From Camelus dromedarius (Eukaryota): a stretch of DNA of 64,000 nucleotides. The number at the start of each line of letters is the position of its first letter. Position 1 is the stretch's first letter. The DNA is taken from contig NC_087436.1 in assembly GCF_036321535.1 (NCBI RefSeq), positions 103,294,001-103,358,000 on the forward strand, in the 5' to 3' direction. This document shows positions 1 through 12,630 of this stretch, piece by piece. The position numbers were made by a program, and so were the translations under genes. A model generated the notes under the pieces. It did no database searches and was not told the DNA's origin. It saw nothing but the letters and a program-made list of their open reading frames with translations.

Positions 1-1253
1 TTCACCTTTTCTTGGATTCTGAATTCCATGCCAGTTCAGGGATGCATTTTTATTACTTTCTTAATTACTCAGAATATTAGCTGTTTTGATCCCAAGGGAC
101 TTCTGGATTCCCCGTCATGTTAGGCTATCAAAAAACACAGGGTGACGTGTTCTCTCTGATATTTTAGCCAATGTAACTGTTTATTCTTGGAACATACACA
201 TTTTTGGTTTTATTACTAAGGTGCCCCAACTAATTACGCTATTTTGAAGTTACATGATTCTGCATTATTGCTACTGAATAAAATATTTATTCTGGAAGTA
301 ATATAAAATTTAAATCTCACACTTCCCATTTCTAATAAGTATATTGTGAGAATGAGCAGAGTCTCAAATGATGTCTAATTATTTCTCAAGATTCCTAAAA
401 TGTAAAATGCCAGTGTATGTTTTTCCCCCCAAAGGAAGACAGAAATAGAAGGCAAAGTAAGAAATATCCTCCGAGGTACCAAGGTCTAGTACAGAAAGCA
501 GCAGTTTTCTCAGTAGGAATATTGAGTTGGATGTTTGGTTTTGTTGTTCTGGGTTGCTTTGCTCTTTCCACAGACCTGTGCCATATAGTTTAATTCCTCG
601 AGGATTCCATTTTTAGGTGACAGAAATAAAGCCTATATACTAAGTTAGCGTATCAATCATGATACAAGATCAGAAGCCAAAACAATCTTTCAAGCGAGGA
701 CAGGCTGATTTCTCTTTGGTCTTTGCCTATCACTTTGGAATGCTGTACACAACACAGGATTGCACACCAGTGACATGTTTCAACAATCCAGCTTTGTGAT
801 CATAGACACATTAGACACATTCAGAAAGATATTTGGAAAGAGTAAGAATATGCAGTCTAATGGCACTGAATTTATATCCTGGCTTATTTGGTCTTTTCTA
901 AATGGCTTTGGTTTTCACAACAATAAATTGAAAAACGGTAACTCCCTAGCAGGTGTGCGGTGAGAGTTATGTGAAAGTAGAATTTGTAAAGTCTCTAGTT
1001 TGGTTTTCATACAGATGTTACCCCTTCCTCCTCCTCTACCTGTTTTCCTTCCCTTACCCTCAGACTCTTATCCTCAGTGACAAGCGATTGAAGCCCAGTG
1101 AAGGAAGCCCTTTGATTTACTGAGAATTAGGAACTTGTTGCAGAGATCAGCACTTGCGTCGTGGGCTCCTCACTCACGCCAAGACACGAACTGTCATACT
1201 TCATTTGACAGCAATTACACATTATCCTGAACGTGCCTCTGTTGTTCACTTAC

Positions 1254-1359
1254 GGCTGCATTTAGGACAGGTTCTTTCTGAGTCTCCAACTATTCCAGCT
1301 CAACGTGCTTTCCCAGTTTGTATGGAGTCTTTGGAATCAAATTGGTTGCATTTTCTTTT
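1254..1359 (-). other. Candidate internal (5'UTR-type) exon, 106 bp, of an unidentified minus-strand gene
   Basis: On the minus strand a pyrimidine tract plus acceptor cttcctcttctttgttctgtaatcag| (AG at 1361-1360) and a donor GCC|GTAAGT (GT at 1253-1252) flank unique sequence. All three frames contain stops; ATGs at 1351 and 1261. Confidence 0.5.
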
Positions 1360-1412
1360 CTGATTACAGAACAAAGAAGAGGAAGGCTGGCAAAAGATGG
1401 AAGGAATTTTTT

Positions 1413-1553
1413 TTTCTTAATTTGTTTTTGCTTTTTGGTGGGGAGGTAATGAGGTTGATTTGTTTATTTTTGGAGGAGGTACTGGGGACTGAACCCAGGA
1501 CCTCATGCATGTTAAGCATGTGCTCCACCACTTGAGCTAAACATCCTCCTCCC
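1413..1553 (-). mobile_element. Vic-1-like tRNA-Ala-derived SINE
   Basis: Reverse complement of a gggaggagga..tagctcaagtggtggagcacatgcttaacatgcatgaggtcctgggttcagtccccagtacctcc head plus A-rich tail. TSD gaagg(a/g)atttttt at 1400-1412 and 1554-1566. Confidence 0.9.
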
Positions 1554-2529
1554 GAAGGGATTTTTTATTTCATCTTTTTTTCAAGGTAGCTTATCTTATT
1601 TTTAACCCTCCACCTTTTAAGATATGGAATACCAGAAATCATGCCATAAGTACAATTATTCTTTGGGTTATTATTTTAAATAATATTAAAATTAAAAAGT
1701 GACATCGTTTCTTTAAATGTCTGAGTCTTAGTATTTTTGCAGCAGTTCTGGACGTCAGTCATTTGCATTTTAGGACCAGTTTATTTTTAATTCCCTAAAG
1801 GAGTATATCTCCAGGCATATCTTATCTTATAATAAAAGCCAATAAGGAAATCAATTTTAATACATAGAAATTTGATTTATAGGCAACTATTCAGAAACAT
1901 ATCTGTTCAGCAAAATGAGATATGCCTCTATGTCTGAATATGTAAGAACTTATCTAAATAGAAAAAAGAAATACATGTTTTTATATCCTGTCATTTAATT
2001 ATTTTTAAAAATATCCTGAGGGAGAAAGTAAATCAAGTTCTTATTCGAAGTTGAGAGATAAGGAACTGAACAAATGCTTATACACACGAGGCAGAGTGAA
2101 GAACTGAGTTAGTTTACTAGATATTCAAATTAGAAAACACTATTTAGCCTAAGTTGTATGATTAATGAAAACTATTTTGGGTCGTTATCGTTTGGATATC
2201 TAGTACCATTCTCCAGTCACACCGAGGAAGTATGCAACAAGGATGCATCCCGGAGATATGAATTGCCTATCAAGCTCACATTCTTTTCTGGAAAGAACGG
2301 CCTCAGGCCTCTTCCTAAATTTTTTTGCCTTCTTCAATGTGACCTTGATGGACTAACAAAACCTCCTGCCCCAGGGATGGGTGCATGAGCCAAAAGGCAA
2401 GTAAGGGTAGGATGGGCATAAGAGAGGTCAGCTCTGTGTAACTTTGCTTACGATATCACCCTTCATATTAGAATATAAAATTCATGTGCAAGCACCATTC
2501 TGCTCTTTGATTCTATGAATCTGACTTAA

Positions 2530-2650
2530 AGAGTAGAATGGTGGTTACATCTATAGCCAATCATAATATACTGTATACTTGAAAAATTCTCAAGAGGGCA
2601 AATCTCACATTAAGTGTTCTTTATACAATATTTTTTTTAAAAAATTATGT
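2530..2650 (+). mobile_element. Old L1 (L1MA/MB-like) 3'UTR fragment
   Basis: gagtagaatggtggttac...aatatactgtatacttgaaa...aagagggcaaatct...aagtgttct resembles mammalian L1 3' ends. Confidence 0.55.
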
Positions 2651-2789
2651 AGAAGGAGGGTATAGCTCAGTGGTAGAGTGCGTGCTTAGCATGCACAAGG
2701 TCCTGGGTTCAATCCCCAGTACCTCTGTTAAATAAATAAACAAATAAATAAACCTAATTGCTTCCCCCCACAAAACAAAAATAATTTTT
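2651..2789 (+). mobile_element. Vic-1-like tRNA-Ala-derived SINE
   Basis: ggagggtatagctcagtggtagagtgcgtgcttagcatgcacaaggtcctgggttcaatccccagtacctc (A and B boxes) followed by an (aaat)n/A tail. TSD aaaaattatgt at 2640-2650 and 2790-2800. Confidence 0.93.
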
Positions 2790-2816
2790 AAAAATTATGT
2801 GCATAAAGAAAATATG

Positions 2817-3466
2817 GCCACAAAAATAAACAAATGGGATCTAATTAAACTTAAAAGCTTTTGCAGTTAAGCATACCATCAACAAAATGAAAAGACCATC
2901 CACAGAATGGGAGAAAATATTTGCAAATGATGCAACCAACAAGGGACTAATTTCCAAAATATACAAATAGCTCATATAGCTTAATACCAGAAAAATAAGC
3001 AACCCAATCAAAAAATGGGCAGAAGACCTAAACAGACATGTCTCCAAAGAAGATATCCAGATGGCCAATAAGCACATGAAAAAATGCTCAGTATCACTAA
3101 TTATCAGAGAAATGAAAAATCAAAACTACAATGAGTTATCACCTCATAGCAGTCAGAATTGCCACCAATTTTTAATAAACTCGCCAAGTGATAAATGCTG
3201 GAGAGGGTGTGGAGAAACAGAAACCCTCCTATACTGTTGTTGGGAATATAAATTGGTGCAGTCACTATGGAGGACAGTATGTAGATTCCTTAAAAAACTA
3301 CAAATAAACTTATCATATGATCAAGCAATCCCACTCCTGGACATGTATCTGGAGGAAAGTATCATTCAAAAAGACACATGCACCTCAATGTTCACAGCAG
3401 CACTATTTACAATAGCCAAGACATGGAAACAACCCAAATGTCCAATGTCCATCGGCAGATGACTGG
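2817..3466 (+). mobile_element. L1 ORF2 C-terminal fragment (frameshifted, 3'UTR missing)
   Basis: ORF 3061-3462 translates to degenerate L1 ORF2 motifs ([48 protein letters not shown]). Confidence 0.93.
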
Positions 3467-3488
3467 AACTAGAAGACTTGGTATGCGT

Positions 3489-3509
3489 ATGTGTGTGTGT
3501 GTGTGTGTG
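3489..3509. repeat. (TG)n microsatellite
   Basis: About 10 TG units. Confidence 0.9.
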
Positions 3510-5473
3510 GAAATAAAATGTAAATTCTATACTTCTGACAAAGTCAGTTTTGGCCAGGTGTTTATTACATGTATAATGAACTAGGACCAAAGAGTATAAA
3601 CATTGCTCTCAAGGTACATCATTTTATAAGGAGCTATCTGTGAGGAATAGTTTCCAGGATAAGTTTTTCACTGTCGGGCCCAGAGTGGCTGTATTGCTGG
3701 CAAGAGAAACCCCCATACTTTCAAGCTATCTTGTATATCCTTAGAACAAACTTCTACAGCATCAAGACCTTTGAATCTGTTATATTGATCTGCCTGGAAT
3801 AATTTTCACACAAATCATAAAGTGATAGATTTCTTTCCCCCACTGAACCCACTTAGATTCAGCCTAAAATATTATATCCTTCTCTAATCAACCAATTCAA
3901 GGCTCCCTGACTCCATCACTTCCAGTCACTGTAGATTGTATTCCACCATCACATGTACTTCCTAACACTCAGCACTATTCTGACTGATTTTGTTGTAATA
4001 CAGGTTAATTGCCTTTCTCTGTCATCAGTTTATAATTTTCTGTGAGCAGAAATCTTCTCTTTCTTGCTCATCACTGAAATCACAGCACCAGAAACAGCAT
4101 ATTTCATACAGAGACTTCAATACATATTTTCAATGACTCAATAAACCCAGATATTACAAAGCATTTTCCACAAACACTATTCCTAGTAGATATACAGTAG
4201 AAATTTGCAAAAGGTGAATAGTGAAGTCTAAATTCAAGTCACAATTCAATTTAATAAATTAAAGATGGAGAATAGCCCTAAAGTTAAAACAAAACTCAAT
4301 TCAACTTTTTTGTTTTCTAACTAGATCTCACACTTATTTTTTAACAGTATTGTACTTGGTGAAATACTTATTCCTGCAAATTAGTATTTTTTTTTCCTTT
4401 TTGTTCATTGCTAATGCAAGGTTACCTTGGTATTCCCCTTTCTGGAAACCTAGAAGAGATTAATTAATACAGAGGAAAGACAGGTAAGCTGTTCTAGTCA
4501 CCTAAGATGTCATGTGGTAAAGTTTTTAATTGAATTTAATCCTCCTCATGTTTTGTCTGAAACAGTATATTCTGGGCTGCATACTTAGTCTCAAGAATGG
4601 AATTTAGTAGGATTATTGGTGGAGCAAAATCCAGTCAACTTGAAATTCATCATCCTCAAATCTCTATTAATTATCATGCCTTAAATTCACTATACACAGT
4701 CATGATAACTCTGTATGATATCACTTACGAATTCTCAAAACTGTGCAGACTATTAACCATTAATTTATTTTCAACATATTTATTCCAAAGAGCGCAATGA
4801 ATGTATGAATCATCTAAACTGGAATGAATAGTTAGATCAATCCATTCTGTAACAGCTATGCTGGCAGAATCAAAAGGACATAGTTTTCAGAGGAGGAACT
4901 GACAAAGGTGTGTTTACCATAGTGGATGGAGTGGCATGCTCACATAAGGACCAGAAGAGAACACTAAATAATTAGTTTGTATATATAGTAATAGCATATA
5001 GGTAGCAAAGAAGCACTTTCTATGCATTATTTTGTCTTTATGTCAACAACTCATAAGATTTCTAATGTCATAATAAGGACATTTTTATCATCCCCAGTTT
5101 ATAAATAAAGAAGCTGAGATGTTAAAAAAGCCCATGGGTTTCACTTTGTTACAATGTGCTATGGGCAAGACATAAGCATGTATTTTTTCATAGTCTACTG
5201 TCTGGACCCCTAGACACTTGTGTACCATGGCTCGCCATCATTTTATGAATAGTTTTCCACTAGTCAAAACAAGTATGGCTTGTAATGAAAGGAACCAAAA
5301 TCTGTCTCCCTACACATGATTTTAGTGTATAGACAGGAAAGAAATCTGCCTACTAAAAGCCAAGAAGCAATTGACTGAGAGCACACAAAGTTTACGAATA
5401 AAGGCAAATCATGAAAAGACACTAAAGGAGAAAAAAAAATAACTGCAAAATATCAAAGTATCAGAGTCATTAC

Positions 5474-5983
5474 TGAAAGGTGGCAGAATATGCCAACCCA
5501 AAATATCGCACTCTGGTATAAGAATTATCTGGAGCCAAAGGCACTGTGAAAAAAGCAAGTGTGAGAAATCATTTGGAAGAAAGGAGAAATTCTCTTTTCT
5601 TCTTCCTGAAAGCAGATGCTAAAACTCCCATAGGTAAGATGTCCTCCCCATACCAGAAGGAAAGAAACATTCTTAACAGCAAAGACAGAGACTTGAGGCC
5701 AAGAGAATTCTGCACAAACAGACCTAATTAAATCTTAACCTATAGCCTCCTCATATATTTTGGTTACCTTTCCACAACTGTCTCCTTTGTTCAGGCTCAT
5801 ACAGAAGCACTCTGGTTTTGCTACTTCTTTGGGTCTTCTTTTCCTTAGAAAGGTTCCATGTCATGTAGAACATACATTAAATAAACTTGTGTGTTTTTCT
5901 CTTATTAGTGTCTTATGTCAGTTTAATTCTCAGATCCATTTGAAGACCTTAGATGGTGGAAGAAAAACTTTGTCTCCTCTACA
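5474..5983 (+). mobile_element. ERV1 solo LTR, MER34/MER39-like
   Basis: Starts TGAAAGGTGGCAGAATATGCCAACCCAAAATAT, has AATAAA at ~5879 and ends ctaCA. Flanks ttac/ctac fit a 4-bp ERV1 TSD with one mismatch. Confidence 0.75.
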
Positions 5984-7281
5984 CTACCTATTTCTGATTC
6001 AATTAATGAAGTCAAAACCTGATACTTGGCTAAAACTCTCATTGAGATAAACATAACATGTCTGAATAGTAACTTTTAAAAAATTATATTAAACTGAGAA
6101 TAAAACAACAGTTGATAAAATAATTTCTGCTTAAAATACCAACTGCCAAACACAGAACTAATAAATTAATAGATATAGAATGCTAATAGAATTAGCATAA
6201 AGAACAGAATGGCGGTTCTCTACTTTTTAGTCCAGATCTCTAATTTTTTTTGGCTACGTGTCTGTTGTTTCACTCAAAGGATTAAGGAACGCTCTTTGTA
6301 AGTCCTAAAATTGGTCTTGGTTGACTTAAATTCATAAACACCCCCATCCCTCCAGGGAGAACTTTTGAGGGTAAAACTTCATGTTTGACATTTATTGCTG
6401 GCTCTGTTTTCAAAAGCAAACATTTCTGAAGACAATAAAGACAAAGATTAGTTTCCCATTATTAAAAAGAAATTCACTTAGAACATCAGGATATTAATAT
6501 GAGTCAGGGAAAATAGAATAATCCTTTTTAAATAAGATTTTTGTTTTGTTTCGTCTATAGCCTGCAAACCAACTGGAGAAATATCCTATTCTCCCTTAGT
6601 CTGAAGAATCAGGCACTGAGAACAGCAGAAATGCCGTTTTAACTCTCTTCTGTAGAAGGCAGTTATGGGAACGCTGGTTCTGCATATTAAGTGATTAATG
6701 AACCTTGGATTAGTTTTGACTGATTTGCTGTTGAGCTTTTTGCCTGGGACAGTTTGTCAGCACTAAAGTTGCCCACAATGTTTTATATAGGAATTAAATC
6801 ATCCCAAGAGTTTGCAGAAGGCTTGTATAACATTCCAGACATCACTGAAAATTAAAAATACCCAAACAATATATATGTTGATATAGTCACAATCATTTGG
6901 CAAAAAAAAGAAAGAAATGTACACATTGCCTACATTTAACTAATAGCAACCCACTTTAGTTCAACGAAGGCACAGCAATAAAAGATATTCATGACACACA
7001 TCATGAGCCACTTAGAAGGTGTCTCAGTACAGAAAACAAAAGTTATGATTCTTGACAGAAAAATATCAACAGCTGCAAACATGGCCGCTGGGGACAACAA
7101 AAGTGGCTGTCGTCCACGCACTCAGGTGTTTCTGAAACACAGAGGATTATGAATGGACTTGTGAATCAAGTGTTGCCTTGAGGTCAAAGGGGTATAAATT
7201 GCCTACATCTTCCACCTAATACATAATTCCTGGATTAAAAAGGAATACATAATTACCTCAAACTGAAAAATACATGATACA

Positions 7282-7427
7282 GGGGAGAGGAGATAGCTTA
7301 AGTGCTAGAGCACGTGCTTAGCATGCACAAGGTCCTAGGTTCAATTCCTAGTACCTCCTCTATAAATCAATCAATCAATCAATCAAATTACCTCCCCCTC
7401 AAAAAATAAATTTTTAAAATTTTTTTT
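7282..7427 (+). mobile_element. Vic-1-like tRNA-Ala-derived SINE
   Basis: Same head as the 2651 copy, with an (aatc)n linker. TSD aaatacat(g/a)ata at 7268-7279 and 7428-7439. Confidence 0.92.
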
Positions 7428-7784
7428 AAATACATAATAAAGGAAAACAGTAAAACTGTTCCATACTCCTACTTTTCATAGGAAAACCACTGTAAACATA
7501 TTACTAGGTTTGATTTCAAGCCAGTTTCTGTGTTGTGTATGTTCAAAACTGGACTCAGAACACACACATATGTATACACATAATTGTGTTTTTCTTTTCC
7601 TATGGACTTTACTTTAATAAAATATTCTTTATAATCTGATTTTCAGTTTCCTGCAATACTTTATTTTTAGTTTTAACAAAATATATTCCCTATTCCCCTA
7701 TTAATTGAGTTTCTAATTTTTACCAAGTTTTATTATTTAAATATATACATGTTTATAATTAAAGTGACAGTACTGATTTTTATA

Positions 7785-7920
7785 ATGGAACAGATGCAAG
7801 CTTTGATGTCAGACTGATTTTATATTTATTCTGTCTTCACTGTTTCTATGTATACCTGCACCAGTTCTTCATATTTCTACACCTTAGTTTCCTCATATGA
7901 AGCATGTAGATAATGATAAT
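7785..7920 (+). mobile_element. MIR SINE remnant
   Basis: gctttgatgtcagactg...ccttagtttcctcatatgaa...gataatgataat resembles the MIR core. Confidence 0.5.
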
Positions 7921-8049
7921 GCATTGGATATGGAAGGCTAGACCATGATATGGCAGAGATGAAATTTGAAATCTTCAAACTTTGAGTATTTACTTCATTT
8001 CACACAAAATTCGATTCAGCTATCTTCACTGGACAGCTCTCCTAGGTGG

Positions 8050-8305
8050 TTCTCCCCTAAGTGATGCATTCAGGGCATCTCCCTCCTTTCTTCTTGCTTT
8101 CTTGGAGCTCTCTGATTTTAGCCTCCATGGTTGGATGGAGGGAAGACAGCATAGAAGACTGCAGAACATTTTTTTGGCCAAATAAGAAGTGACATCATCC
8201 CCTCACTACCTTCCATTGGCTATAACTCAGTCACATTGTTCCGCAGAACTGCATAGGAGGCTTAGAAATGAAGATTTCCCATGTGCCTGGAAGGAAATTG
8301 GAAGT
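8050..8305 (-). mobile_element. Old MaLR LTR (MLT1J/K-like) remnant
   Basis: gaagtgacatcatccc...ttccattggctataactcagtcacat...aactgcataggaggcttagaaatg is typical of antisense MLT1. Confidence 0.6.
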
Positions 8306-10337
8306 CTCTCTTGCATAGATCCCTTATAGGGTCATTGGGGGGGATCAAGGAGCTAATACATGGCATGCTGCCAACTAAATGGCATTACCGTAAAGTCAAG
8401 GAAGGACCACTCTTGGCTTTTAATGTCTAGAGGAGGAGGTAGATGATTGCTGGTGTCCACAGCCTGATGTCGGGAAGCCCTGGAGTTGTGTCCTTGGTAG
8501 TTGCTGAACCTCAAGGTCAATACATAAACGTGAAGAGTTCTGGGGCACATGACAAAATACTTGTATTAGAAGTTGGTGACAGACTTGGAAGTCTTTAGTT
8601 TTAACTTATTTTCTTACTGAATCTTTAAAATATATTTTTCTCAATGGTAAACGCACCAGAATTACTCCATTTTTCATGTTATTTCCATCATCTTGTAAAT
8701 GGAATTTTAATACCTAAAAACTAATCTACTGAATGGACTATTTCCAGATTTTAAAATTAAATAGTGTTATGATGAACACTTTTTTTTTAACGCTACATTT
8801 TTTTCTTAATTAGGATTGGGTTTCTTGGAATAGATTACCAAATGAGAAATTCCTGAGTATGCTTACACAGTTACTCATTCATCCATTCATTTTTTTCCAA
8901 GCACATTATGCTGCTTTCTTAAACATTCAGGTGTTAAGATAATTAGGTATTAAATATAGTAAAACTTTCTTTTGTCAGTGAAATCAACAAAATATTTAAA
9001 ATTTTTATGATTATTATTGACTATATGTGAATGACAGTATCGGCCAGTTTGTACTCAAAGACATAAAAAGCACTGTCTCTACACTTGAAGAAGTACAAAA
9101 GATGGCTAAAAAGATAGTTTTGAAATTAAATAAATTTTGTTTTTCACATCAATCCCCTTGGTCATCAGCTGTGGGACCTTGGATAAGCTATTTAGTCTTT
9201 CTGATATTCTGCTTTCTCATATTTAAATTGGAAATAATTTAACCTTTCAGAGATTAAACAAAATAACACATATAATGTGTTTAGCAATAGTAGTAGTTAA
9301 ATATTATTTGTAGAGTTTTCATTATATGCCAGAGACTCACTGAATGTGATCTTTTATCATCTTCATCATCATTATCATCATCAAGAACCTACATGCTGAC
9401 AGGAATCAGGTACAAAATAAAAACTGGCACCAGGTAGCATATGGCTAGATGCCATCAAAGTGTGAGAAATCACTATCAAGAGTGCAGAGAATGCACCTGA
9501 GGAAGGCTTTGTGCTGCCTGAAGGGCTGGAAGGGTATTCCAAGAATGAAAAAAATTACTGTAGTAAAAAGTTCAGACATATGTTGAAACACCAATATATT
9601 AAACTTCAAAATGGGAACAAATGTAGATGAATTCAGGCAGGAATCAGAGAGAGAGAAACTGGAAGGTGTTGACTATTGGACATCACATCAGAGTGAAGCG
9701 GGATTGGGAATTTAGAGATGACCTGCGGCACTGTGCTCTCCAGTATCTAGACCTTCTAGCTACTAGACACTAGAGGATCTAAGTGTCTAGTGCCTCTAGT
9801 AAGGACACCTAGTAGACATCTTTAGTCACAGAGCCATGGCCAGGGTGCTTGCTTCCTCCAAAGGTAAAAATTCTGATGTATCAAATACAAACAAGTTTTT
9901 TTTTTTTTTTTGTCAATTCCAATTGAAAATAGGCATCAGGTGATTATTCAGAATGGGCTACATGACAATACACCCCACATCTCAGTCATTACACGTTAGA
10001 GGCCCTTTTTAGAGGCAATCTAATTCCAAGGGGAGATAGTATGTAACTTAAAGAGTTTGGCCAGACTATATAAAACAAGGGAAAACTAATTTAACCTTGA
10101 CCAAATTATTAACTGTTTTGTGCCCTCAGTATCTTCAAGAGTTAAATAGGCAAAGTAAATTTATTAAACTATTAATCTATTGCTTAGCAGTTAATTTGTT
10201 TAAAAATGTTTGCATTAAATCTGTTGATTCATCTCATATACTGATAATAGTACCAAATTTGCAGAGTCATTGTCAAGATGGAATATGAAAGTGTTCAGTA
10301 TGTTATCTGGTGCATACTAGATTCATAGATATCCTGC

Positions 10338-10490
10338 TTTTTTTATTTTTTAATATTTTTTTTGGCAGGGGGAAGTCATTAGTTTTATTGACTGATTGAT
10401 TTAATTTTAGAGGAGGTACTGGGGATTGGAACCCAGGACCTTGTGCATGCTAAGCATGCACTCTACCACTTGCGCTATACCCTCCCCTCT
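10338..10490 (-). mobile_element. Vic-1-like SINE inserted in a MIR
   Basis: Antisense tRNA-Ala head (...gctataccctcccct) with a poly-T tail. Perfect 17-bp TSD tggtgcatactagattc at 10308-10324 and 10491-10507. Confidence 0.93.
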
Positions 10491-11784
10491 TGGTGCATAC
10501 TAGATTCTTAATAAAACTTAAATACCTAGAAGACAGCTTCAAGTCTTGATAGACTAGTTACATTTTATCTCCGTCTCCAGGTGGCTCACGCAGCCCACTA
10601 ATGCTCAGGGGACGTGGGCGTGGGGAGGGGAGCCATGCAACACATTTAACCACACACTCTTAGGTCCCTCATCTTATTCCCTAACCACCCATCTCCTCAG
10701 ACTTCTGTGTGAACCATGGAAGATCACAGCACTGGGGAAAAAAAAGTTGGGAACTATAAAATGTTGGTCCAATGCCAGCTCATCTTCAAATTATAACAAT
10801 GCTCAGGCCTCTGTACCTCTGCTATTCAAGGCTGTTCACACACTTTAAACACACAGCAGTTCTGTAAGATGGAGCAGTGAATAATACTCTCTCATTGTTC
10901 TAGGGCTGGGGTCATTAATGATCTAATATTGCTAAATCATCTGGATACTTGACAAAACAAGGTGAAATAGCACTATCTGAATCTTGACAGCCATACAGGG
11001 AAAGGACGGAAGGCAAACTTGTCATTTACTTTATTAAATCAATTTCAATATTGTACATCGACCTAATAGCATTGGCTCTCCAAACGAATGTAGTTTCTTC
11101 TAAGTGCACAATGAGCAATACATTCTGAATGTTCCTTCGGAGCTATTTCCCTGTGTCCTCATCTCTGTCTGATTTTTTATTCTTTTTTAAAACTAGGCTA
11201 GAGTTATCTGACTCCATTTGACAGGCTGTAGTCAGGTGAAGAATTTCAAATGAATTTTCAGACAGGAGGTCAGCCTGTGAAGTACCTTGCTGGGAAAGCT
11301 GGTGACATAAACCTGCAGGGTATGAATGAAAGCAATCTTGTACCACTGAGCCAGCAGATGCCACCTAGTCAATTACAATGACTTTTGGTATGACCTTTGT
11401 GTAAAGAAGTTTACATTTGTGCCATCATCATCTTTTAGTCCACAGAGAGCTAAAAGCACATGGGATGTACAATTTAGCTAAGAATTCTGGAGAAAATAGA
11501 GTTAAAAAAAAAGAAAAAGAAAAAGAAAGATTCTGACAATTGAATGAATTACCTGCAAACTTTAGTGCCAAAACTTAAATCTTTGAGTGAGAATTTTTTA
11601 AATATTTACTTCCCATTTTGATAAGGCACAATGAGAGTTCTAGTATGTGGTAGAGATTCATCAACTGGGGAATTACAATGAGAAGAGTGTTTGAGAAGGA
11701 GATCAGCTATCAAAGCCACCAATTAGTGGGTATAATATGAAATATAGTATTTAACTTAAAATTAGTAACAGCTTCTGTATCTGT

Positions 11785-12263
11785 ATTTCTTATCTATTAG
11801 CACAATAATGCTATATAAAACCCGCCACCAAACCTCGGGGGCATACAACAGTATTTGTGTCTGCTCTGTGTCAGTTAGCCAGTTGGGAAGGTCTGGTTAT
11901 CTCGCCTGGGCTTGGCTGATCTCAGCTGATTGCCTTCATGAAACTACAGTCAGCCAGAAGTTGGTATATGCTAACTGGTTCAGGATTGCTGCAGCTGGCT
12001 TGGCTTTTCCTGATGCACGTGGTATCTTTCCCTCCAGCAGGCTAGCTAGAGTATGTTCACAAGGCAGTGGACGGGTTCCAAGAGAAAGTGGAAGAGCACA
12101 AGTCCTCTTATTGTCTAAGAACTGGAACACTGTAGCTTCGACTGCATTTGTTTGATGTCTCTAAAGAGGTATAATGGTTCTTTTTTTAATTAAAGTATAG
12201 TTGATTTACAATGCTGTGTTAATTTCTAGTGGACAGCATAGTCATTTATATATACATACATAT

Positions 12264-12297
<34 letters not shown>

Positions 12298-12630
12298 TCC
12301 TCTTAATATTCTTCTTCATTATAGGCCATTACAAGGTATTGAATATAATTCCCTATGCTATACAGTAGGACCTTGTTGTTTGCCTATTTTATATATATAT
12401 ATACAATAGTTAGTATCTGTAAATCTCAAACTCCAATTTATCTCTCCCTACTCCCTTTCCCTTCTGGTAACCATAAGTTTGTTTTTCATGTCTGTGAGTC
12501 TGTCTCTGTTTTGTATTTAAGTTTAAAGCATATCACAAGATTAGCTCAGATTCAAGGGGTATAAAATATAGCTACTTCTTGGTGGGAGGGCCTGTAAGAA
12601 CAAGGGGTAGAAGATAATAGCAACTATTGC
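11785..12630 (-). mobile_element. MLT1 (H/I/J-like) MaLR LTR split by an L1 3' end
   Basis: MLT1-like motifs (ctgggcttggctgatctcagctg; ccctccagcaggctagc; gctcagattcaagggg) lie on both sides of the 12179-12515 insertion. Confidence 0.6.
12179..12515 (-). mobile_element. Young L1 3'UTR with poly-A, containing a (TA)n/(CA)n tract
   Basis: tttttttaattaaagtatagttgatttacaatg...ctggtaaccataagtttgttttt...gtgagtctgt matches the reverse complement of the L1 3' ends at 30767 and 56299. Confidence 0.88.

Noticed and set aside
2655..2725. tRNA-Ala(AGC) gene, also at 1480-1553, 7282-7360, 10410-10490 and 58000-58070
   Set aside because: The tRNA-like heads are followed by a SINE body and A tail and flanked by TSDs. 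They are SINEs, not tRNA genes.
3061..3462. 133-aa ORF and similar ORFs (15968, 16301, 41184, 43427, 54408, 56243, 60613)
   Set aside because: All are degenerate L1 ORF2 fragments or their antisense frames.
6936..7140. Minus-strand acceptor-like cctctgtgtttcag followed by CpG-containing sequence
   Set aside because: No convincing donor, and the translations are short and unrecognisable.
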